Shown here one piece after another: positions 8,234-15,004 of a stretch of DNA of 33,986 bases (position 1 is the first letter of the stretch; the number at the start of each line of letters is the position of its first letter). The notes below the pieces were generated by a model. That model ran no database searches, was not told where the DNA came from, and was given only the letters and a program-made list of their open reading frames with translations. Source of the stretch: an uncultured Candidatus Saccharibacteria bacterium. GTDB taxonomy: Bacteria > Patescibacteriota > Minisyncoccia > Phycocordibacterales > VMEP01. The stretch spans positions 19,258-53,243 of the forward strand of contig CAYIKU010000001.1 of assembly GCA_964364185.1 (NCBI GenBank), read 5' to 3'. Both the position numbers and the translations under genes were made by a program.

Positions 8234-10564
8234 ATGAAAAAATCTCCCGCACATACGTCGGTTCTTACTATGATTAAAAAGAGGGACGGTTCTAAGGTTA
8301 CTTTTGATGTAAATAAAATTGTCCGCGCCATAGAGAAGGCGATGTACGCAGTAAAAGAATTTAAGAGCGGCGCGCCGGAAAAAATAGCGGAAGATATCTC
8401 AAAAAAGTTGCTTGCGCAAAAAGAAAATGATTCTTTGTTTGTTCCGACAGTCGAAGGAGTACAGGACTTAGTGGAATCGGGGCTCATGCTTCATAAATTT
8501 CCGAGGACAGCCAAAGCGTATATCCTTTATCGAGCCGAACACGCAAAAAAACGAGAGGAGCGCGGTGATATTCCTGAACATGTGCGCGCGCTTGTTGCCG
8601 AAAGTAAAAAATATTTTGAAGGTAACTCTTTAGGCGAATTCGTTTACCTGCGAACATACGCGCGCTGGATTGAGAAAGATAATAGGCGTGAGACATGGGT
8701 TGAGACCGTTGACCGATATATGTCATTCATGAAAGAAAATGTGGGTGAGAAACTCTCCGAGGAAGAGTACGTAGAATTGCAGGGTGCAATTCTTCAACAA
8801 GAAGTTATGCCGTCAATGCGACTCATGCAATTTGCTGGAGAACCGGCGCGGAGATGTAATACTTGCGCGTACAATTGCTCTTTCATCGCCCCGACGAAAC
8901 TTGAGGACTTCGCTGAAATAATGTATCTCTCAATGCAAGGGTGCGGTATCGGGTTTACGGTTGAAAGTCAGAACATAGAACAGTTGCCGCAAATACAGAA
9001 ACAAACAAAAAAGAAACTGCCGGCGCATACCATCGCGGATGACAAAGAAGGTTGGTGCGACGCTCTTGTTTTAGGATTAAAGACTTGGTATGCCGGCAAA
9101 GATATTGAGTTTAATTTCTCTCTTATCCGTCCTGCCGGCGCGCGACTCAAAGTTATGGGGGGTAAATCATCGGGACCAGAGCTACTTCGCTCGTTGTTAG
9201 AATTTGTGCGCGAGAAAATATTGCGTCGCCAAGGACGACGTTTGCGGAGCATAGACGCTCATGACATCATCTGTAAAATCGGCGAAGCTGTCGTGGCGGG
9301 TGGTGTGCGGCGCACCGCAATGATATCGCTTTCAGACCTTGATGACGCGGAGTTGCGCGACGCGAAAAAAGGCCAATTTTTCTTAACGGAACCGTACCGC
9401 TCGGTTGCCAACAACTCTGCGGTATATGAGGCAAAACCTTCCAATACGGAACTTATGGAGGAGTGGGTGGCTCTCATGAAAAGCAATTCGGGTGAACGCG
9501 GCATTTTTAATCGTGAAGCATTGGGTAAAACTATGCCCAAACGTCGCGCGACATATTTCAAAAAAATTGGCTTTATTGGTGATGACGGCGTCGTACAAGG
9601 TCCGGTCGGAATGAACCCGTGCGGCGAAATTATTTTGCAATCAAAACAATTTTGTAATCTTTCTGAAATTATTGCCCGCGCGGAAGACACGCAAGAAAGT
9701 CTTGTGCGCAAGGCACGGCTCGCCACGCTTCTTGGAACATATCAGTCAATGCTCACAAAATTCAAATACATTTCAAAAGCATGGACAAAACACTGCGAGG
9801 AAGAACGGTTGCTCGGCGTATCGGTAACGGGCCAATGGGACAGCGAGGTCGCGCGCAAACCGGAAACTCTGCGCGCCATGCGCGATACCGCAATAAAAAC
9901 TAACATTTTATATGCAAAACGTTTTGGTATAAAACCGTCAATGTCTGTTACCGCAGTCAAACCTTCAGGAACCGTTTCTCAAACATTCAACTGCTCCTCC
10001 GGCATACATCCGCGCCATTCAAAATATTATATTCGCAGAGTGCGCATCTCCGCGACCGACTCGCTTTTTAAAATGCTTAAAGACCAGGGAGTCCCGCATT
10101 ATCCCGAAGTCGGGCAATCGGAGGAGAACGCGAATACTTTTGTCTTGGAGTTTCCCGTGGAAGCGCCGGGTGGTTCTGTTTTTAAAGACGATTTAACCGC
10201 TCTTGAACAGCTTGAGTATTGGAAAGTAGTGAAGCTCAATTACACCGAGCACAACCCTTCAGCGACAATTTCAGTTGGTGAAGACGAGTGGATAGGCGTC
10301 GTAGATTGGATACAAAAAAATTGGGATATCATAGGAGGGCTTTCATTTCTGCCGCGCTTTGACCATATATATCGTCTCGCCCCGTACGAAACAATAGACA
10401 AAAAAAGATACGATGAACTTGTTGCGAGTTTTCCAAACATAGATTACGCCAAACTTGTCACATACGAACACGCCGATGAAACGGAACAAAGAAAAGAACT
10501 GGCCTGCGTTGGGGGTGTCTGCGACATAGATATTATAGTCCCGATTGAAACCGTAACTTCATAA
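8234..10564 (+). CDS. nrdJ: Adenosylcobalamin-dependent (class II) ribonucleotide reductase with N-terminal ATP-cone
   Basis: 776 aa. ATP-cone-like N-terminus (VLTMIKKRDGSKVTFDVNKIVRAIEKAM), active-site loop GMNPCGEIILQSKQFCNLSE, C-terminal Cys pair CVGGVC. Single-subunit, with no nrdB-like partner gene nearby. Confidence 0.85.
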   Translation: MKKSPAHTSVLTMIKKRDGSKVTFDVNKIVRAIEKAMYAVKEFKSGAPEKIAEDISKKLLAQKENDSLFVPTVEGVQDLVESGLMLHKFPRTAKAYILYRAEHAKKREERGDIPEHVRALVAESKKYFEGNSLGEFVYLRTYARWIEKDNRRETWVETVDRYMSFMKENVGEKLSEEEYVELQGAILQQEVMPSMRLMQFAGEPARRCNTCAYNCSFIAPTKLEDFAEIMYLSMQGCGIGFTVESQNIEQLPQIQKQTKKKLPAHTIADDKEGWCDALVLGLKTWYAGKDIEFNFSLIRPAGARLKVMGGKSSGPELLRSLLEFVREKILRRQGRRLRSIDAHDIICKIGEAVVAGGVRRTAMISLSDLDDAELRDAKKGQFFLTEPYRSVANNSAVYEAKPSNTELMEEWVALMKSNSGERGIFNREALGKTMPKRRATYFKKIGFIGDDGVVQGPVGMNPCGEIILQSKQFCNLSEIIARAEDTQESLVRKARLATLLGTYQSMLTKFKYISKAWTKHCEEERLLGVSVTGQWDSEVARKPETLRAMRDTAIKTNILYAKRFGIKPSMSVTAVKPSGTVSQTFNCSSGIHPRHSKYYIRRVRISATDSLFKMLKDQGVPHYPEVGQSEENANTFVLEFPVEAPGGSVFKDDLTALEQLEYWKVVKLNYTEHNPSATISVGEDEWIGVVDWIQKNWDIIGGLSFLPRFDHIYRLAPYETIDKKRYDELVASFPNIDYAKLVTYEHADETEQRKELACVGGVCDIDIIVPIETVTS

Positions 10565-10568
10565 TAAT

Positions 10569-11102
10569 GTGCTTTATACTCGCAAGGGAGACAGTGGAAT
10601 ATCCGGGCTTTTAGGAACAAGGGGGTGTTTTCCAAAAAACAGCCCTATTTATGACGCACTCGGCACTCTTGATGAGCTAAACTCTCTTCTTGGTGTTTGT
10701 CGGGCGTTTTCTTCGCGCGAAAAAAGGAAGATTGATGTGGCAAAGGAAATTAAAAATATTCAGGAATGTCTTTTTATTGTCCAGGCGGAACTTGCGGGGT
10801 CATCAAAATCAATTTTACAAACGCACATAGAAGAATTGGAACGCGCTATAGGAGAAATTGAAGCTTTGATTGAAAATCCGCACGCATTTGTGATTCCCGG
10901 TTCCAATAAGCTCTCGGCGCTGTTCGATTACGCCAGGTCTGTGTCGCGCAGAGCCGAACGCAGTGTTTTAGGTGAACAGGCATCACAAAAAGTATCTTCC
11001 CAAACTCGTGTCTATCTCAACCGTCTTTCAAGTTTGTTGTATGCACTTGCGCGTTATTCTGCGGTTCTTGGCGGAGTAAAAGAATCATCACCTTCATATT
11101 AA
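10569..11102 (+). CDS. ATP:cob(I)alamin adenosyltransferase, PduO type
   Basis: 177 aa, GTG start. N-terminus LYTRKGDSGISGL and DALGTLDELNSLLG match the PduO/MMAB-type adenosyltransferase signature. Confidence 0.8.
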   Translation: MLYTRKGDSGISGLLGTRGCFPKNSPIYDALGTLDELNSLLGVCRAFSSREKRKIDVAKEIKNIQECLFIVQAELAGSSKSILQTHIEELERAIGEIEALIENPHAFVIPGSNKLSALFDYARSVSRRAERSVLGEQASQKVSSQTRVYLNRLSSLLYALARYSAVLGGVKESSPSY

Positions 11103-11124
11103 TAATAATTAAATAATTAAAAAC

Positions 11125-11559
11125 ATGAATTCAAAACAAAATTGGCAAATTGTCGGAATAGGATTATTGGTAATTGCTCTTGCGATAGGGATATTTATAT
11201 ATACAGGCAAAACAATACCGTCTGAAAATAATATAAATCAAGAAGTCACGCAAACAAGCAATATCTCTCTCACAATCGAAGGTTTATATTCAAGTAAATC
11301 CATTTCAATATCTGAAAAAGAAACAGTTCTTAAAATACTTCAAACTCTCAATTCCGAAAATCCGCAACTTAAACTTTCCACCAAAGAGTATTCGGGGCTC
11401 GGCGTATTAGTTGAAAGTATGAATGGAAACAAAAACGGCACGGATGATAAATACTGGCAGTACAAAGTAAACGCCGTTATGCCTCAAATTGGTGCGGATA
11501 AATTAGAATTAAAAAACGGCGACTCGGTTGAATGGTATTTCAGCAAGTCAGAATTCTAA
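11125..11559 (+). CDS. Membrane-anchored DUF4430-like (transcobalamin-like) protein
   Basis: 144 aa. N-terminal TM, C-terminal YWQYKVNAVMPQIGADKLELKNGDSVEWYF resembling the DUF4430 signature often found next to B12 uptake genes. Confidence 0.55.
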   Translation: MNSKQNWQIVGIGLLVIALAIGIFIYTGKTIPSENNINQEVTQTSNISLTIEGLYSSKSISISEKETVLKILQTLNSENPQLKLSTKEYSGLGVLVESMNGNKNGTDDKYWQYKVNAVMPQIGADKLELKNGDSVEWYFSKSEF

Positions 11560-11565
11560 AACACA

Positions 11566-12099
11566 GTGAACAGAAACGCATTCTTTTTTGTCGCTATCAT
11601 ACTTATTTTATTCGGCGTAATGGTGCGCTTGTTTCCACATCTTCCTAATGCAACCCCTATAACCGCAATTGCTTTTGCGAGCAGTATTTATCTCGGTAAA
11701 CGGTGGTCAATTATTCTTCCCATATTTACACTTTTTCTTTCGGATATATTTATCGGTTTTTATGATTGGAAGATAATGTTAAGTGTTTACAGCTCTTTTG
11801 CTCTTATTGGATGTTTAAGCTGGGTGAGCAGAAAATACGGCGGAATTTTTCCTGTTTTTCTTTCGGTTATTGGGTCGGCACTTCTTTTCTTCTTCATTAC
11901 CAATGGCGCGGTGTGGCTTTTTTCTCCATGGTACGAAAAAAGCATTTCCGGACTTTTGTATTCTTATGAACTCGGCATTCCGTTTTTCCGAAATATGTTG
12001 ATGGGGGATATTATTTATACCGCGCTTCTTTTGGGAGTGTTTGAATTTGTAAGAATGGGGGTTAGGAGAATGGGAGCGGGGATTAAGATTGGGCAGTAG
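11566..12099 (+). CDS. Polytopic membrane protein, possibly a solitary ECF-S-component-like vitamin (cobalamin?) transporter
   Basis: 177 aa, GTG start, about 5-6 hydrophobic helices, PNATPITAIAFAS motif. The functional guess rests only on context with the adenosyltransferase and DUF4430 genes. Confidence 0.4.
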   Translation: MNRNAFFFVAIILILFGVMVRLFPHLPNATPITAIAFASSIYLGKRWSIILPIFTLFLSDIFIGFYDWKIMLSVYSSFALIGCLSWVSRKYGGIFPVFLSVIGSALLFFFITNGAVWLFSPWYEKSISGLLYSYELGIPFFRNMLMGDIIYTALLLGVFEFVRMGVRRMGAGIKIGQ

Positions 12100-12147
12100 G
12101 GGATACTATAATTGTTAAAAAAAATTCTTTCTTTACTAAAATAAATA

Positions 12148-12156
12148 TGTTATAAT
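12148..12156 (+). promoter_or_regulatory. Extended -10 promoter (TGtTATAAT) candidate for the retron non-coding RNA; a second TATAAT lies at 12175-12180
   Basis: TG at 12148-12149, TATAAT at 12151-12156. No good -35. Confidence 0.35.
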
Positions 12157-12177
12157 ATGAGTATACTTTGGTAATAT

Positions 12178-12439
12178 AATCTTCCCGATTCATCGCTCAA
12201 GGCGATTTCCAAGTTCAGGAACTAAACCTGCCCCACCGGAAAAGATATTGTTGTGAAATAATTCATTTCAATATCAATGAAAGTGCTTATCGTGGAATGA
12301 TATATCAGGCTACGCTTGATAATTCATAAAACGAATAGTATAACCGTATGACAGTTAATTCTTATATAGTAATAATCTGACTTAAGCTGAAGCAATTTAG
12401 CTTAAAAGGTCGATTATCAAAGTAATTTTCGGGAAGGTT
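12178..12439 (+). ncRNA. Candidate retron msr-msd non-coding RNA
   Basis: Flanking inverted repeat AATCTTCCCGA (12178-12188) / TCGGGAAGGTT (12429-12439): 8 perfect bp, 10 of 11 overall. Internal hairpins at 12192-12206, 12216-12230, 12262-12281, 12303-12321 and a 16-bp bulged hairpin at 12372-12417. Lies directly upstream of a retron-type RT. Confidence 0.45.
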
Positions 12440-12474
12440 CGCGGTTCACCGCCGGCTTTTTCGAGCAAAATTTT

Positions 12475-12678
12475 ATGAAAGATGTAAATAAGAGGCTTGG
12501 AGCTCTTGCGAGTTTCGTTAAAAGTCTCTCGGTTATTCTTTCTGGAGTTTTTTCTTTAATTCCGTGGGTCAAGAAATTGTTCTACCTGATTAAGGAATTA
12601 CTTCAGCATTACCTTTGGACACATCGCCTTGCAAAACGGGGCGATGTTTTGTTTTATGAAGAAAATTATTACACATAA
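12475..12678 (+). CDS. Small (67 aa) predicted single-pass membrane protein overlapping the RT start
   Basis: ATG ORF. Hydrophobic stretch LGALASFVKSLSVILSGVFSLIPWV followed by a basic/amphipathic tail. Its stop overlaps the RT ATG at 12656 by 23 nt. No clear SD, so coding status is uncertain. Confidence 0.35.
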   Translation: MKDVNKRLGALASFVKSLSVILSGVFSLIPWVKKLFYLIKELLQHYLWTHRLAKRGDVLFYEENYYT

Positions 12679-13573
12679 AAATTTACATAGAGAGATAAAC
12701 ACGATAGACGATTTATGTCGCATGCTTTCTCTTGAAAAATATTTTTTGCAAAAACATATCCGTCTTTGTCCTTTGCTATATATAGAAATACCGCTAAAAA
12801 AGAAAGATGGCACGCCTAGACCAATTCGAGCGCCAAAAGATAAGTTAAAAATTATACAAAGAGCTATTTTAAAAAATATACTTTCAGGTATAAAGCTACC
12901 CTCATGCTGTTATGGTTTTTCAAAAAATAAATCCATTATTGAAAACGCGAAAGTTCATTCAAAAAATGATTTTTTACTAAATCTTGATATACAAGATTTT
13001 TTTCCAAGCGTGCATTATAAAAAGGTTCAACAAATTTTCTTAGATATAGGATTAAGTGAAGAAATTGCCATTATTCTTTGCGGTTTAACTACTTACGAGT
13101 ATAGGTTGCCCCAAGGAGCGCCGACAAGCCCTTTTCTTGCCAGTTTTGCTCTTTCAAACCTTGATTATAGACTTATGCGATTAGCAAAATCTAACTACTT
13201 AACTTATACAAGATATTTTGATGATATTTCTTTTTCAGGGAACAAAAGAGTGGTTGTGCTAGAAAAAGACATTATGAAAATTATTAAGGAAGAGGGATAT
13301 ACAGTTAAAATTAGCAAAAGAAAGCTTTTTACAAAGAATGAAGCAAAAGAAGTAAATGGTGTTTTAATCACAAACAAGAAATTATCACTTAGAAATACCG
13401 ATGAATTATTTAATTATGTAAGTGATATTAACAAGTATGGTTTATCTAAATTACAAACTGACAACCTAGAAAAAGAGAGGCAATCACTCAAAGGGAAAAT
13501 TGCCTTTTTGAAACAAGTTGATCAAGAACAATCAGATAAAATAGAAGCAATTTTTACTTCTATTTTGTGGTAA
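12656..13573 (+). CDS. Retron-type reverse transcriptase
   Basis: RPIRAPKDKLKIIQRAILKNIL, ENAKVH (NAxxH), LNLDIQDFFPS, LPQGAPTSPFLASFALSNLDYRL, YTRYFDDISFS (YxDD box), EVNGVLIT (position of the retron VTG). Colinear with retron Ec86 RT as I remember it. The ORF is open from TTG 12629, and alternative ATGs lie at 12644 and 12656. Confidence 0.85.
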   Translation: MKKIITHKNLHREINTIDDLCRMLSLEKYFLQKHIRLCPLLYIEIPLKKKDGTPRPIRAPKDKLKIIQRAILKNILSGIKLPSCCYGFSKNKSIIENAKVHSKNDFLLNLDIQDFFPSVHYKKVQQIFLDIGLSEEIAIILCGLTTYEYRLPQGAPTSPFLASFALSNLDYRLMRLAKSNYLTYTRYFDDISFSGNKRVVVLEKDIMKIIKEEGYTVKISKRKLFTKNEAKEVNGVLITNKKLSLRNTDELFNYVSDINKYGLSKLQTDNLEKERQSLKGKIAFLKQVDQEQSDKIEAIFTSILW

Positions 13574-13620
13574 TTCTAAACTAATTATCTAATTTTTATA
13601 CAGCTTGAATTAAAAGAAAA

Positions 13621-13647
13621 CTATGATAATAAAATTTATTATCATAG
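13621..13647. terminator. Bidirectional hairpin between the convergent RT gene and the 64-aa gene
   Basis: Stem CTATGATAAT (13621-13630) / ATTATCATAG (13638-13647), with A/T-rich flanks on both sides. Confidence 0.5.
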
Positions 13648-13683
13648 TCTAGTTTTAATAGCAAGGGTTATTTATATAGAAGG

Positions 13684-13878
13684 TTATTTATCCCAGGGAA
13701 TATTGATTTTCTGTCCACCAGGAATTTCAACCGTTGTATGCCCATTATTAATATTACCATTTTGATCCACTTGAAATGTGTCATGCACTCCACCACCCAT
13801 AGGGGGAGTGATACCATTGATGGGTTGAATCCCGTATCCATTACTGGTAGTTTTAAATGAAGAGTTATCGTTGCTCAC
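13684..13878 (-). CDS. Small Gly/Asn-rich hypothetical protein (64 aa)
   Basis: GTG start at 13878-13876 with GAGGA 7 nt upstream (RC of 13886-13890) and a consensus promoter upstream. Sequence MSNDNSSFKTTSNGYGIQPINGITPPMGGGVHDTFQVDQNGNINNGHTTVEIPGGQKINIPWDK has no TM segment or signal peptide. Confidence 0.6.
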   Translation of the reverse strand: MSNDNSSFKTTSNGYGIQPINGITPPMGGGVHDTFQVDQNGNINNGHTTVEIPGGQKINIPWDK

Positions 13879-13919
13879 AGTATTTTCCTCGCAAAAAAGG
13901 ATAACATTATCCAGTGAGA

Positions 13920-13947
13920 ATTATAGTTTGTTGGTGTTTAAAGTCAA
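13920..13947 (-). promoter_or_regulatory. Consensus sigma70 promoter (TTGACT-16 nt-TATAAT) for the 64-aa gene, followed by a palindrome
   Basis: Read on the minus strand, the -35 TTGACT is at 13947-13942 and the -10 TATAAT at 13925-13920. The palindrome GGATAAnnTTATCC at 13899-13912 lies between the -10 and the RBS. Confidence 0.6.
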
Positions 13948-14126
13948 TATCTTGTGGATACTCCCATAGAAAGTTCTTATGCGGTAAGTTTAAAATGAAC
14001 GCCTTGCGTACTTAATCTATATGGTCACAAGTTACTAAACATATTTCCTCGCCTTGCTCGAAATCTGTATAAGTACTTGGCGACCCCAGCTCGTCCCGCC
14101 AAGCGGGACTGCGCTTTCATAAATCT

Positions 14127-14153
14127 AAAAAACTAAAGCAGTTTGCCTGCTTT
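14127..14153 (-). terminator. Rho-independent terminator of tRNA-Glu
   Basis: Minus-strand AAAGCAG-GCAAA-CTGCTTT (14153-14135), then AG and T6 (14132-14127). Confidence 0.6.
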
Positions 14154-14163
14154 ACATAATTTT

Positions 14164-14235
14164 TGACCCCACCGGGAATCGAACCCGAATTTGAAGCTTG
14201 AGAAGCTTCCGTCCTAACCGTTAGACGATGGGGCC
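14164..14235 (-). tRNA. tRNA-Glu (anticodon CUC)
   Basis: Minus strand GGCCCCATCGTCTAACGGTTAGGACGGAAGCTTCTCAAGCTTCAAATTCGGGTTCGATTCCCGGTGGGGTCA. 7-bp acceptor stem (one G-U), D arm GTCT/GGAC, anticodon stem GAAGC/GCTTC with loop TTCTCAA, T arm with GGTTCGATTCC. No encoded CCA. Confidence 0.9.
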
Positions 14236-14367
14236 ATATTTTTTTAAGATATCATTTTTTGAAAAATACATACATTCCTAACTGTTACCTGTCTGCCGAC
14301 AGGCAGGGACAATGGGGGCATGTTTACAATTTTCAATTTACAATAAAAAACGCTTTAAAACAAACTT

Positions 14368-14919
14368 TTGGGCTATACTGTGTTTGTGAAAAAAATTCTA
14401 GACCAAAAATTTTTTAATAAATCCAGCGTAAAAATAGCTAAAGCTCTACTCGGTAAATTTCTCGTCAGAAAAATAAATGGGAAAGAAATTTCTTTAATGA
14501 TTAAGGAAGTTGAACTCTATGATGGGTTTAATGACAGGGCGTCGCACGCGAACCGTGGTAGAACGAAAAGAAATACCCCTATGTTTGGATCAGCGGGGCG
14601 TTGGTATGTGTATCTTTGTTACGGTATGTATGAAATGCTAAATGTAGTAATAGGGAAAAAAAATTATCCGGCGGCGATTTTGATACGGGGCGCGGGCCGT
14701 TATAACGGACCTGGAAAACTCACTGAAGCGCTTAAAATTGGCAGAAAATTAAATAATAAAAAAGCCAGCAAAAAAACGGGTCTATGGGTTGAAGACAGGG
14801 GAGTGAAAGTTTATACGAAAAATATTAAAAAAGCGCCAAGAGTCGGAGTCCATTACGCAGGCCCAAAGTGGTCCAATAAAAAACTTCGCTTTTTTCTCAA
14901 CCCCTCTATATATTCCTAA
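14368..14919 (+). CDS. mpg: DNA-3-methyladenine glycosylase (Mpg/AAG family)
   Basis: 183 aa, TTG start. LLGKFLVRK, EVELYDG..DRASHA, GRTKRNTPMFGSAGRWYVYLCYGMYEMLNVV are typical of the AAG/Mpg family. Confidence 0.8.
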   Translation: MGYTVFVKKILDQKFFNKSSVKIAKALLGKFLVRKINGKEISLMIKEVELYDGFNDRASHANRGRTKRNTPMFGSAGRWYVYLCYGMYEMLNVVIGKKNYPAAILIRGAGRYNGPGKLTEALKIGRKLNNKKASKKTGLWVEDRGVKVYTKNIKKAPRVGVHYAGPKWSNKKLRFFLNPSIYS

Positions 14920-15004
14920 TTCGTATGAATGGTGGAATAAATGTGAAACGGAGGAAAACAAAAAATAGAATAAAAAAAATTAAGATTTTTAGTCGGGGGT
15001 AATG

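Noticed and set aside
12231-12239. CCCCACCGG, identical to part of the tRNA-Glu 3' acceptor/T-arm region (14167-14175), considered as a possible att-site duplicate marking the far end of the islet
   Set aside because: Only 9 nt match, which is expected by chance in a window this size. It also lies inside the putative ncRNA rather than at a plausible islet boundary.
12656-13573. Alternative identities for the RT: group II intron, DGR or Abi-type
   Set aside because: The protein is too short and lacks maturase/X and endonuclease domains, and I see no intron domain V/VI-like RNA flanks. No template/variable repeat pair typical of DGRs is visible nearby. The NAxxH, the VTG-position motif and overall colinearity with Ec86 favour a retron. 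A UG/Abi-type assignment cannot be fully excluded without a phylogeny.
14048-14109. A third copy of the intergenic repeat family: TCGCCTTGCTCGAAAT plus the hairpin GTCCCGC-CAA-GCGGGAC
   Set aside because: The sub-motifs are in a different order and orientation from the 19.66-kb and 28.0-kb copies, and the matches are short. This is treated as chance similarity.
14288-14319. tRNA-like fragment upstream of tRNA-Glu: the RC of 14308-14319, GCCCCCATTGTC, resembles the tRNA 5' end, and the hairpin CCTGTCTGCCGACAGG lies at 14288-14303
   Set aside because: No cloverleaf can be completed and similarity is limited to about 10 of 12 nt. It is more likely promoter-proximal structure or chance.
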